Positions 28,775 through 37,264 of a stretch of 64,000 nt of DNA are shown here, piece after piece (position 1 is the first letter of the stretch; each line of letters starts with the position of its first letter). A model generated the notes under the pieces. It made no database searches. It saw only the letters and a list, made by a program, of their open reading frames with translations, and had not been told where the DNA came from. Source of the DNA: an uncultured Oscillospiraceae bacterium (GTDB taxonomy: Bacteria > Bacillota > Clostridia > Christensenellales > Aristaeellaceae); contig CAZJUJ010000004.1 in NCBI GenBank assembly GCA_964549135.1, forward strand, positions 13,453 through 77,452, in the 5' to 3' direction. Both the position numbers and the translations under genes were made by a program.

Positions 28775-29085
28775 ATTTCCGCCTCCGCCGCAAATTGTTC
28801 ATCCGCCTCGCTGACCAGCCTGCCGATCAGATGCCCGGAAACCGGGCTGGTCAGCCAGAAAAAGGCCACCACGAAAATGATTTTCAGCGTTACCGCATCA
28901 AAGCCGGTATACACAATGGCCGCCAGCGCAATCAGCATCAGTCCCAGGGTATCCCCCATGCCGGCGGCATGAATGCGGTTCAGGGAAAAGCGGAACCGGG
29001 TTACCCCCACCACCGCCGTTATCTGCACCATCAGCCCCGAAAGCAGCAGCGCGGCAAAAACCGCAAACCGGATATACTCAAGCAT
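28762..29085 (-). CDS. mnhG: MrpG/MnhG subunit
   Basis: 107 aa. RIHAAGMGDTLG motif typical of PhaG/MnhG. Confidence 0.8.
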   Translation of the reverse strand: MLEYIRFAVFAALLLSGLMVQITAVVGVTRFRFSLNRIHAAGMGDTLGLMLIALAAIVYTGFDAVTLKIIFVVAFFWLTSPVSGHLIGRLVSEADEQFAAEAEIWKR

Positions 29086-29383
29086 CCTTTTTCCCCTCCT
29101 TTTCCTGCCTGGCCCGGTGAATGCCGATAAAAATCTTGCTGAGCAGCACCACCGCCAGAAAGCTGAGCATGGCGTAAATCAGGGCGATATCCATCAGATA
29201 TCCCTCCCCCATCAGCAGCGATAAAAGCACGATCAAAAGAATCGTTACCGTGCCGATCATATTGACCGCAATGATGCGGTCTGCCGTGGAGGGCCCCTTG
29301 ATCGATCGGTACAGGCAGATAAACAGGCAGACCCCCAGCACAATCATGGCCCCCTGAATCAGCAGGGAATACGCATTATCCAT
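29078..29383 (-). CDS. mnhF: MrpF/MnhF subunit
   Basis: 101 aa, three TM helices, GPSTADRIIAVN motif. Confidence 0.8.
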   Translation of the reverse strand: MDNAYSLLIQGAMIVLGVCLFICLYRSIKGPSTADRIIAVNMIGTVTILLIVLLSLLMGEGYLMDIALIYAMLSFLAVVLLSKIFIGIHRARQEKEGKKDA

Positions 29384-29840
29384 GCAGCGTCTCCTCCATT
29401 CTCTTCAGCCGTTTTTCAAAAATGGTGTGATCCAGCCCCTCCGCCATTTCGGGGGTCAGGCAATGAATGGTGATTTCGTTTCCCCTCAGGGAAAGGGTAA
29501 TGGTGCCGGGGGTCAGGGTGATGGAATTGGCCAGCACCATCCGGGCCAGGCGGCTGGTCAGCGTGGTTTCCACCGTGCGCACCACGGGGGCAGGCTTTCC
29601 CCGGTAAACGGTGCGCGCCAGGGCCAGATTGGCCTTCACAATCTCCCAGATCACCACCCCCGCGTAGGCCGTCATCTGCGGCACGCAGCGATAGAATTGC
29701 CCCTCCTTCTTCAGCGACCAATCGCAGAAGGCGCACAAAAAAAGCATGGCCAGCGCCGTGACGGCAAGACCCAGCAGCATAATTTCCGGCGTGATTTTCC
29801 CATTGAGAACCACCCAGAAGCCATACAGAATGACGGCCAT
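29376..29840 (-). CDS. mnhE: MrpE/MnhE subunit
   Basis: 154 aa. LANSITLTPGT motif typical of MnhE. First gene of the operon. Confidence 0.8.
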   Translation of the reverse strand: MAVILYGFWVVLNGKITPEIMLLGLAVTALAMLFLCAFCDWSLKKEGQFYRCVPQMTAYAGVVIWEIVKANLALARTVYRGKPAPVVRTVETTLTSRLARMVLANSITLTPGTITLSLRGNEITIHCLTPEMAEGLDHTIFEKRLKRMEETLHG

Positions 29841-29899
29841 TTTCCTTTCCTCCTCATCTATCTTTTCCTATTAAAAGGGTATTTCAGCAAGCCTTGCAG

Positions 29900-29908
29900 A
29901 GTATAGCA
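29900..29908 (-). promoter_or_regulatory. Candidate extended -10 element (TGCTATACT) for the mrp operon
   Basis: The minus strand reads TGCTATACT about 60 nt upstream of the mnhE start. The -35 is weak. Confidence 0.3.
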
Positions 29909-29996
29909 CAAACGGCATAAAAAAGAAAGAGTCAAAATAGTTAAATAACGTGCGGAAAGATTAATAATTTTTTCGGTTCAAATTCGCATTTTTCTG

Positions 29997-30025
29997 TTGC
30001 CTGAAAGCGAATTTCATGCGATAAT
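29997..30025 (+). promoter_or_regulatory. Candidate sigma-A promoter for the apbE-rnf operon
   Basis: TTGCCT (29997-30002), 17 nt spacer, GATAAT (30020-30025). Embedded in the inverted repeat AAATTCGC (29980-29987) / GCGAATTT (30007-30014). Confidence 0.45.
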
Positions 30026-30110
30026 AGGAATTGTAGGCCACAGATGAAAAAAGGAGGCGGCTTTCGCCCCGCTCCGTCCCATTCTTTTGCTGGAGGAATC
30101 CTTCGTATCC

Positions 30111-31172
30111 ATGAAACGATTGCTGTTTTTCCTGATCGCGTTTTCCTTTTGTTTCTCTTTTTTGCTTTTTCCTGCCGCAGGCGAGGCATACCAGAAATAC
30201 TCCCGGGTGGAATATGGCATTTTTGATACCGAAATTACCCTTATCGGCTATTGCGCCAGCCAGAATGATTTTGACCGCATCGCCGATGAAGCCATGAATC
30301 AGCTGCGGGAGCTGAACCGCATCTTTGACGCCTATAATTCCTATGCCGGCCTCCATAACCTCTGGTATGTCAATCGCTATGCCGATGATGCGCCGGTGGA
30401 GGTGCCGGAGCCCCTCTTCCAATTGCTTCTCTGGTGCCGGGAAAAATGGACGGCGGGCTACCGGCAGAATAATATCGCCCTGGGGGCGGTGCTTTCCATC
30501 TGGCATGATTACCGCACCGCGGGCCTTGCCGATCCGGCTTCCGCCGCCCTTCCCTCTCTGGAGGAACTGCGCGCCGCCGCCCGGCATACCGATTTTGATC
30601 AGGTGCTGCTGGATGAGGAAAACCGCACGGTCTATTTTGCTGATCCTCTGCTCACTCTGGATATCGGGGCCGTGGCCAAGGGGTATGCTGCCGATCTTGC
30701 GGCAGAATATCTGGAAAAGGCCATGCCCTCCTTCCTTCTGAGCCTGGGAGGCAATATCCGCGCCGGTGCTTCGCCCCTGGATGGGCGGGTCAATTGGGGC
30801 GTCAGCATCCAGGATCCCGATGATCCTGCCGGTATGCTGGATGTATTGTATCTCCATTCCCTTTCCGTGGTCACCAGCGGGGATTACTGGCGCTATTATG
30901 CGGTGGATGGCACGCGCTATCATCACATCATCGATCCCGATACCCTCCTGCCCGCATCGCATATGCAGGCGGTCACGGTGGTATGCGAAAGCGGGGTGCT
31001 TGCGGATTATTTAAGCACCGCACTCTTTATCCTCCCCTATGAGGAGGGAAAAGAGCTTGCGGAAAGCCTGCCCGGGGTGGAGGCCCTCTGGTCGCTGGCA
31101 GACGGCACGGTCTGTATGACCGATGGCTTTGCCGCCATGACCCGCTCCCACGGCGCATCCTCCCGGGAATAA
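30111..31172 (+). CDS. apbE: FAD:protein FMN transferase
   Basis: ApbE family layout (FGTxITLIGY-type N-terminus, LDIGAVAKGYAAD, SVVTSGDYWRYY..HHIIDP). I prefer ATG 30111 (signal peptide MKRLLFFLIAFSF) to the TTG at 30087. Confidence 0.85.
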   Translation: MKRLLFFLIAFSFCFSFLLFPAAGEAYQKYSRVEYGIFDTEITLIGYCASQNDFDRIADEAMNQLRELNRIFDAYNSYAGLHNLWYVNRYADDAPVEVPEPLFQLLLWCREKWTAGYRQNNIALGAVLSIWHDYRTAGLADPASAALPSLEELRAAARHTDFDQVLLDEENRTVYFADPLLTLDIGAVAKGYAADLAAEYLEKAMPSFLLSLGGNIRAGASPLDGRVNWGVSIQDPDDPAGMLDVLYLHSLSVVTSGDYWRYYAVDGTRYHHIIDPDTLLPASHMQAVTVVCESGVLADYLSTALFILPYEEGKELAESLPGVEALWSLADGTVCMTDGFAAMTRSHGASSRE

Positions 31173-31182
31173 AGGAGGCGGC

Positions 31183-31581
31183 ATGAAGAAAAAGGAATTG
31201 CTTTTGCTGCTTTTTGCGCTGCTGCTTGCGCTGCTTGTATTTTTCGCCTCCCGGCTGCCTGGCAGCGGCAAGGAGGCCGCCGGGCTGGTGCGCATCCAGG
31301 TAAACGGTGAATTCTATGCCCAGGAAGCGCTGACAGATGGCAAAACCATCGAAATCCTGCAGGAAAACGGCGAAAAAAACGTCATTTCCCTATCAAGCGA
31401 TGGCTTCCGCATGGCCTATTCCACCTGCACCAATCAGCTCTGCATTCAGCAGGGGCCGGTCACCCTGGATAATTACGCCCGCCGCGCCCTGGGCACCCAT
31501 GTGCTGTGCCTGCCCAACGGCGTAGATGTGGAGCTTGTGCTTCTGGATCGCACCCCCGATCCCGAGCTTCCGGATATCTGA
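31183..31581 (+). CDS. NusG domain II-like (DUF1312-type) membrane-anchored protein
   Basis: N-terminal TM helix, then IQVNGEFY...CTNQLCIQQGPV...VLCLPNGV, typical of NusG_II proteins found next to apbE. Confidence 0.65.
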   Translation: MKKKELLLLLFALLLALLVFFASRLPGSGKEAAGLVRIQVNGEFYAQEALTDGKTIEILQENGEKNVISLSSDGFRMAYSTCTNQLCIQQGPVTLDNYARRALGTHVLCLPNGVDVELVLLDRTPDPELPDI

Positions 31582-31593
31582 TTTTCGTGCCCC

Positions 31594-31616
31594 AGGGGGC
31601 AGAACCCCCCTTTTTG
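31594..31616 (+). terminator. Short GC hairpin plus T5; possible attenuator between the NusG_II gene and rnfG
   Basis: GGGGG-cagaa-CCCCC followed by TTTTT. Confidence 0.4.
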
Positions 31617-31695
31617 CAGCCGGCTGCAGCCGGAGAAGATAAAGAAATTTTGTTTTCCCTTTTCCCGGGAAAACAGACAAGGAGGATGGAAACAA

Positions 31696-32946
31696 GTGAA
31701 GAAGAAATTTCCCGGCTGGGCGGTGCTGCTCATTATTACCCTGGTGGCCGGGCTGGCCCTGGGGGCCACCTACTCCGTCACCAAGGATGCCATCGCCCAG
31801 CAGGCCGTCACCGCAGCGGAAAACGCCCGCCGGGCCGCGCTGCCTGCGGCGGATTCCTTTGAGCAAATCGAAATCGAGCCCGCATCCAATGTGGATTGGT
31901 GCTATGCAGGCTATCAGGGCGATGCCCTGATCGGCTATGTGGCCCAGATTACCGTACAGGGCTTCGGCGGCCCCATTGAGGTCATTGCCGGGCTGGATAC
32001 CGAGCTGACCGTCACCGGCATTTCGGTGGGCGGCTCCTCCTTTTCCGAAACGGCGGGCCTGGGTGCCAAGGCAAAGGATGCCGCCTTTGCCAGCCAGTTT
32101 GTGGGCAAGCCCGCCCCCGTCAGGGTGATCAAGGCCGGCGGCACCCCTGCCGATAACACAGTGGATGCCATCACCGCCGCCACCATTACCTCCAATGCCG
32201 TGGCCGGGGCAGTCAATCAGATTGCCGATTTTGTGGAGGGGCTGCTCTTCCCCCAGGGGCGCGGCGATGAAATCGCGCTGCCTGCGCGGCCCGAAGCGGG
32301 CGTTTTCAGCGCCTCTGCCAGGGGCTATGGCGGCCCGGTGCTGGTAGAAGCCGCCTTTGACACCGAGGGCAAAATCACCTTCATTTCCGTCGGCGATGAG
32401 AATTTTGCCGAAACCCCCGCCCTGGGCGGCCTTGCCCGGGAGGCCGAATTCCTCCAGCAGTTTATCGGGAAAACCGCGCCCGTCGCCCTTGGGGAGATCG
32501 ACGCCATTTCCGGGGCCACCCTGACCACCAAAGCGGTAACGGATGCGCTGAACAGGGCCTATGACGCTTCCCGGGGCGAATTGCCCGCTGAAACGCCCGC
32601 GCCCGCCCTGCCTGAGCGGCCCGAAACGGGCATCTTCAGCGCCTCCTCCAAGGGCTATGCCGGCCCGGTCTGGGTGGAGGCGGCCTTTGATGCCGAAGGA
32701 AAAATCACATTCCTTTCCATCGGCGATGATCGCTTTGCCGAAACCCCCGCCCTGGGCGGAATGGTTCAGGAGGCGGAATACATTTCCCAGTTTATCGGCC
32801 GCCAGGCCCCCGTTGACGCGCTGGATATCGATGCCGTTTCCGGGGCCACCCTGACCAGCGAGGCCGTGGTCAGCGCCGTCAATAAGGCCTATAACAAGTA
32901 TCTTGCCGATGCGCTTGCCACCCCTGCCCCGTCCCCGGCGGACTGA
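31696..32946 (+). CDS. rnfG: RnfG-like subunit expanded to three FMN_bind domains
   Basis: GTG start after AAGGAGG. RnfG-type N-terminal anchor (LALGATYSVTKDAIAQQ). Three flavinylation-type motifs: DAITAATITS, DAISGATLTT, DAVSGATLTS. Confidence 0.8.
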   Translation: MKKKFPGWAVLLIITLVAGLALGATYSVTKDAIAQQAVTAAENARRAALPAADSFEQIEIEPASNVDWCYAGYQGDALIGYVAQITVQGFGGPIEVIAGLDTELTVTGISVGGSSFSETAGLGAKAKDAAFASQFVGKPAPVRVIKAGGTPADNTVDAITAATITSNAVAGAVNQIADFVEGLLFPQGRGDEIALPARPEAGVFSASARGYGGPVLVEAAFDTEGKITFISVGDENFAETPALGGLAREAEFLQQFIGKTAPVALGEIDAISGATLTTKAVTDALNRAYDASRGELPAETPAPALPERPETGIFSASSKGYAGPVWVEAAFDAEGKITFLSIGDDRFAETPALGGMVQEAEYISQFIGRQAPVDALDIDAVSGATLTSEAVVSAVNKAYNKYLADALATPAPSPAD

Positions 32947-32979
32947 GATCTGCATACGTCATGAAAGGAGGCATTTACC

Positions 32980-34320
32980 TTGTTCAAAAAAACCTTCCGG
33001 CGCGGGATTCATCCCCTGCATCGCCAGCATGAGGGGAAGGGCCCCACGCGCCATATGCCCATTGAGGAATATGTATCCGACAGCGTTACCATCCCCATGA
33101 ATACCAATATCGGCGCGCCCTCCGTTCCCTGCGTCAAAAAGGGCGATCTGGTGAAAATGGGCCAGGTCATTGCCACCGCCGGGGGCTTTGTGGGCGTGCC
33201 GGTGCATGCCAGCGTTTCCGGCGAGGTCACCGCGGTGGAGCCCATCCCGTATCTGGGGGCCGCCCCCGCCCTGGCCATTACCATCAAGAATGATTTCAAT
33301 GATACCTGGTGCGATCTTACGCCTCTTGGCAGCGTGGAAATGGTGGATCCCGCCAAGGTGATCCCCGCCATCCAGGCCGCCGGGATTACCGGCATGGGCG
33401 GCGCTTCCTTCCCCACCCATGTCAAGCTCACCTTCCGGGAGGGTGCCTCCTGCGATACCATCATCGTAAACGGTGCGGAATGCGAAACCCATCTCACCGC
33501 CGATCATCGCCTGATGCTGGAAAACAGCAACCGGATCGTGGATGGCCTGCGGGCGGTCATGCGGGCGCTGAAGGTGGAAAGGGGTATCATCGCCATTGAG
33601 GATAATAAGCCCGATGCCATTCTGGCCATGCAGAAAGCCGCCCAGGGCCGGGAGGGCGTGGTGATTCAGCCGCTGAAGACCAAATACCCCCAGGGCGGCG
33701 AAAAGCAGCTGATCGAGGCCATTACCGGCCGCCAGGTACCCGCGGGCAAATTGCCCATCGCCGTGCATGTGGTGGTGCTGAATGTGGGCACCTGCGCCGC
33801 CATCGCCGATGCCGTCATCGACGGCAAGCCCCTAATCAGCCGGGTGACCACCGTGACCGGCCGCGTAGACCATCCCAAAAACCTGCGGCTGCGCATCGGC
33901 ACCCTGGCCGATGATGCCATCGGCGCCTGCGGCGGCTTTTCCCAGGAGCCCGGCAAAATCTTTTTCGGCGGGGCCATGACGGGCGTCTGCATCCCCAATA
34001 CCCAGGTGCCCATGTCCAAATCCACCAACGGCATTGTGGTCTTTAACCGCAGGGAGGGCAAGAGCAAGGATGAAAGCCCCTGCATCCGCTGCGGCCGGTG
34101 CGTGGCAGCCTGCCCCATCGGGCTGAATCCCTATCAGATCAAGGTGGCGGCGGATAAGAGCGATTTTGCCGCAGCCGAAAAGCTGCATGTCAATGACTGC
34201 ATGCTCTGCGGCTCCTGCGCCTATGCCTGCCCCTCCCGCCGCTGGCTCACCCCGTCCTTCAAATTCGCCAAGGATAAGCTGGCCGCCGAGGCCAAGGCAA
34301 AAGGAGGCGCAAGCAAATGA
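32980..34320 (+). CDS. rnfC: Rnf complex subunit C
   Basis: TTG start 8 nt after GGAGG. GGASFPTH NADH-binding-type motif and two CxxCxxCxxxCP ferredoxin motifs. Confidence 0.9.
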   Translation: MFKKTFRRGIHPLHRQHEGKGPTRHMPIEEYVSDSVTIPMNTNIGAPSVPCVKKGDLVKMGQVIATAGGFVGVPVHASVSGEVTAVEPIPYLGAAPALAITIKNDFNDTWCDLTPLGSVEMVDPAKVIPAIQAAGITGMGGASFPTHVKLTFREGASCDTIIVNGAECETHLTADHRLMLENSNRIVDGLRAVMRALKVERGIIAIEDNKPDAILAMQKAAQGREGVVIQPLKTKYPQGGEKQLIEAITGRQVPAGKLPIAVHVVVLNVGTCAAIADAVIDGKPLISRVTTVTGRVDHPKNLRLRIGTLADDAIGACGGFSQEPGKIFFGGAMTGVCIPNTQVPMSKSTNGIVVFNRREGKSKDESPCIRCGRCVAACPIGLNPYQIKVAADKSDFAAAEKLHVNDCMLCGSCAYACPSRRWLTPSFKFAKDKLAAEAKAKGGASK

Positions 34321-35243
34321 ATCTGAGATTATCCACAGCCCCCCATGTTCATCATCCCGTTACCACCCAGCGCCTGATGCTCTATGTACTCATTTCGCTG
34401 CTGCCCACGGCTGCCTTCGGCGTGTATGCCTTTGGCCTTTCGGCGCTGCTATTGCTTTGGGTTTCCATGGCCAGCGCGGTGCTTGCCGAATTTCTGTGGC
34501 AGAAAATTGCCCGGCAGCCCGTGCGGGTGAATGATTTTTCCGCCCTGGTGACCGGGCTGATCCTGGGGCTCAATCTGCCCGCCACCGCCCCCTGGTGGCT
34601 GGCCATGATCGGCAGCGCCTTTGCCGTTCTCATCGTCAAGCAGCTTTTCGGCGGCCTGGGCGATAATTTCCTCAATCCCGCCATGGCGGCCCGGGCAGTG
34701 CTGCTGGCCTCCTGGCCCGTGCATATGACCACCTATACCGCCCCCACCTTCTTTCAGGCCGGCGTGGACGCGGTCAGCACCGCCACCCCCCTGGTCATGA
34801 AGGATACCGCCCTTCTGGATCTTTTCCTGGGCCGGATTCCCGGCGCCATCGGCGAGGTCAGCAAGGCGGCGATCCTGTTGGGCCTTGTGTTCCTTCTCCT
34901 GACCAAGACCGTTTCCTGGCATATTCCCGTTTCGGTCATCGGCGGCGTGTTCGTTTTCTCCTGGCTTTTCGGGGCTGATCCCGTCATGGCCATTCTCTCC
35001 GGCGGCGTGCTTTTCGGCGCGGTCTTTATGGCCACCGATTATGTCACTTCGCCCATGACCCCCTGGGGCCGCATCCTCTACGGCCTGGGCATCGGCCTGA
35101 TCATTTCCCTCATCCGCCAGTTCGGCGCGTATCCCGAGGGCGTTACCTACGGCATTCTGCTGATGAATATCGCAACGCCCCTGATTGATCGCTTCCTGCC
35201 CCGGAAGATCTATGGCCATCAAAAGGAGGCTAAGAACGCATGA
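34317..35243 (+). CDS. rnfD: Rnf complex subunit D
   Basis: NqrB/RnfD family. Flavinylation site context DAVSTATPL. Confidence 0.9.
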   Translation: MNLRLSTAPHVHHPVTTQRLMLYVLISLLPTAAFGVYAFGLSALLLLWVSMASAVLAEFLWQKIARQPVRVNDFSALVTGLILGLNLPATAPWWLAMIGSAFAVLIVKQLFGGLGDNFLNPAMAARAVLLASWPVHMTTYTAPTFFQAGVDAVSTATPLVMKDTALLDLFLGRIPGAIGEVSKAAILLGLVFLLLTKTVSWHIPVSVIGGVFVFSWLFGADPVMAILSGGVLFGAVFMATDYVTSPMTPWGRILYGLGIGLIISLIRQFGAYPEGVTYGILLMNIATPLIDRFLPRKIYGHQKEAKNA

Positions 35244-35878
35244 GCGAAAAAAAGAGCCTGGGGAAAACCATCTTTAACGGCATCATCCCCGAAAACCCCA
35301 CCTTCCGCCTGGTGCTGGGCACCTGCCCTACCCTGGCGGTCACCACCAGCGCCATAAACGGCCTGGGCATGGGCGCGGCGGCCACCTTCGTGCTGGTCTG
35401 CTCCAATGTGGCCATTTCGCTGCTGCGCCGGTTCATTCCCGATCAGGTGCGCATCCCCTCCTTCATCGTCATCATCTGCACCTTCGTGACCATGATCCAG
35501 CTGCTGATGCAGGCGTATCTCCCCTCGCTGTATGAATCGCTGGGCATCTTCATTCCCCTGATCGTGGTCAACTGCATCATCCTGGCCCGGGCCGAAGCCT
35601 TCGCCAGCAAAAATCCGCCCCTGGCCTCCGCCGCAGACGGCCTGGGCATGGGCGTGGGCTTTACCCTGGCGCTGACGCTGATGGGCTCCATCCGTGAGCT
35701 GATCGGCAGCGGCTCGGTTTTCGGCATCAGCATCCTGGGCCCCTCCTATCAGCCCATGCTGCTGATCGTGCTGGCCTCCGGCGGCTTTCTGACCTTCGGG
35801 CTGCTGCTGGGGCTGTTCAATCTGATCGTGAAAAAAATTGAGCGCAGGCGCGCAGGCAAGGAGGCGCAGGCCGCATGA
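35240..35878 (+). CDS. rnfE: Rnf complex subunit E
   Basis: NPTFRLVLGTCPTLAVTT and IVVNCIILARAEAFA motifs. Confidence 0.9.
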   Translation: MSEKKSLGKTIFNGIIPENPTFRLVLGTCPTLAVTTSAINGLGMGAAATFVLVCSNVAISLLRRFIPDQVRIPSFIVIICTFVTMIQLLMQAYLPSLYESLGIFIPLIVVNCIILARAEAFASKNPPLASAADGLGMGVGFTLALTLMGSIRELIGSGSVFGISILGPSYQPMLLIVLASGGFLTFGLLLGLFNLIVKKIERRRAGKEAQAA

Positions 35879-36459
35879 ATGAAATTGTCAATATCCTTCT
35901 GTTCATGGTCAGCTGCATCCTGACCAATAATTTCATCTTCTCCCGCTTCCTGGGCTGCTGCCCCTTCCTGGGGGTATCCAGCAAGGTGGAAACCTCGGTC
36001 AGCATGGGCCTGGCGGTCACCTTCGTCATGACCATTGCTTCCCTCTTCTGCTATATGATCTATCATTGGCTGCTATTGCCCCTGGGGCTCACCTTCATGG
36101 GCACCATCGCCTTCATTCTGGTCATTGCGGCGCTGGTGCAGTTTGTGGAAATGTTCCTCAAAAAGAGCAGCCCCACCCTCTACAGCGCCCTGGGCATCTA
36201 TCTGCCCCTGATCACCACCAATTGCGCCGTGCTGGGCGTGGCCACCCTGAATGTGAATAACGGCTATAACATGCTCTATTCCACGCTCAATGGCACCTTC
36301 TCCGCCCTGGGCTTCACCCTGGCCATCGTGCTGATGGCGGGGGTGCGCGAGCGGCTGGAAAGCTCCCATATTCCCGAGTGCATGAAGGGCTTCCCCATCA
36401 CGCTGGTTGCTGCCGGGCTGATGGCGGTTGCCTTCATGGGCTTCAGCGGCCTGGTGTAA
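35875..36459 (+). CDS. rnfA: Rnf complex subunit A
   Basis: NNFIFSRFLGCCPFLGVS and LITTNCAVLGVA motifs. Confidence 0.9.
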   Translation: MNEIVNILLFMVSCILTNNFIFSRFLGCCPFLGVSSKVETSVSMGLAVTFVMTIASLFCYMIYHWLLLPLGLTFMGTIAFILVIAALVQFVEMFLKKSSPTLYSALGIYLPLITTNCAVLGVATLNVNNGYNMLYSTLNGTFSALGFTLAIVLMAGVRERLESSHIPECMKGFPITLVAAGLMAVAFMGFSGLV

Positions 36460-36471
36460 GGAGGATAAAGT

Positions 36472-37260
36472 ATGACGACCATTCTGTATGCCGGCGTGCT
36501 GCTGGGCGTTCTGGGCCTGGTTTTCGGCCTGGTGCTTACCTTTGCCAGCAAGAAATTCCATGTAGATGTGGATGAGCGGATTGCCCAGGTCAAGGATTGC
36601 CTGGGCGGCGCAAACTGCGGTGCCTGCGGCTATGCGGGCTGCGATGCCTTTGCCGAGGCCGTGGTCAGCGGCAAGGCCCCCCTCAATGGCTGCGCCCCCG
36701 CCGGGGAAAAGGGCATCCGGGAAATCAGCCGCATTATGGGCATGGATGCCCCGGAAACCGAAAAAATGGTGGCCCGGGTGCTGTGCCAGGGCACCAGCGG
36801 CATCGCCAAATCCCGCTATCGCTATGATGGGTATCAGAGCTGCGCCGTGGCCGCTTCCCTGGCCGGCGGGCCCAAGGATTGCCGCTTCGCCTGTATCGGC
36901 CTGGGCGATTGCCAGGATAAATGTGCCTTCGATGCCATCCGGATGGAGGACGGCATTGCCGTTGTCGATCCCAGCCGCTGCACCGCCTGCGGCGCCTGCG
37001 TCCGGGCCTGCCCCCGGGGCGTGCTGCGCCTGATGCCTCTGTCCCAGAGCGTTATCGTCCGCTGCCGGAATGAGGATACCGCCCGCCTGGCCCGTGCCGT
37101 CTGCATGGATGCCTGTATCGGCTGCGGCCGCTGCAAAAAGGAATGCCAGTATGATGCCATTACCGTGGAAAATGGCTATGCCCGCATCAATCCCGATCAG
37201 TGTACCCGCTGCGGGGCCTGCGCCCAGGTCTGCCCCTGCAAGTGCATCACCATCGAATAA
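36472..37260 (+). CDS. rnfB: Rnf complex subunit B (polyferredoxin)
   Basis: N-terminal anchor, CGGANCGACGYAGC cluster, and several CxxCxxCxxxCP motifs. Confidence 0.9.
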   Translation: MTTILYAGVLLGVLGLVFGLVLTFASKKFHVDVDERIAQVKDCLGGANCGACGYAGCDAFAEAVVSGKAPLNGCAPAGEKGIREISRIMGMDAPETEKMVARVLCQGTSGIAKSRYRYDGYQSCAVAASLAGGPKDCRFACIGLGDCQDKCAFDAIRMEDGIAVVDPSRCTACGACVRACPRGVLRLMPLSQSVIVRCRNEDTARLARAVCMDACIGCGRCKKECQYDAITVENGYARINPDQCTRCGACAQVCPCKCITIE

Positions 37261-37264
37261 CCAA

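Noticed and set aside
30044-30226. ORF MKKGGGFRPAPSH... overlapping the apbE 5' region, with an AAGGAGG inside it.
   Set aside because: It has no RBS upstream of its own ATG and an implausible composition, and it overlaps the apbE signal peptide in another frame. No start codon follows the AAGGAGG at a usable distance either.
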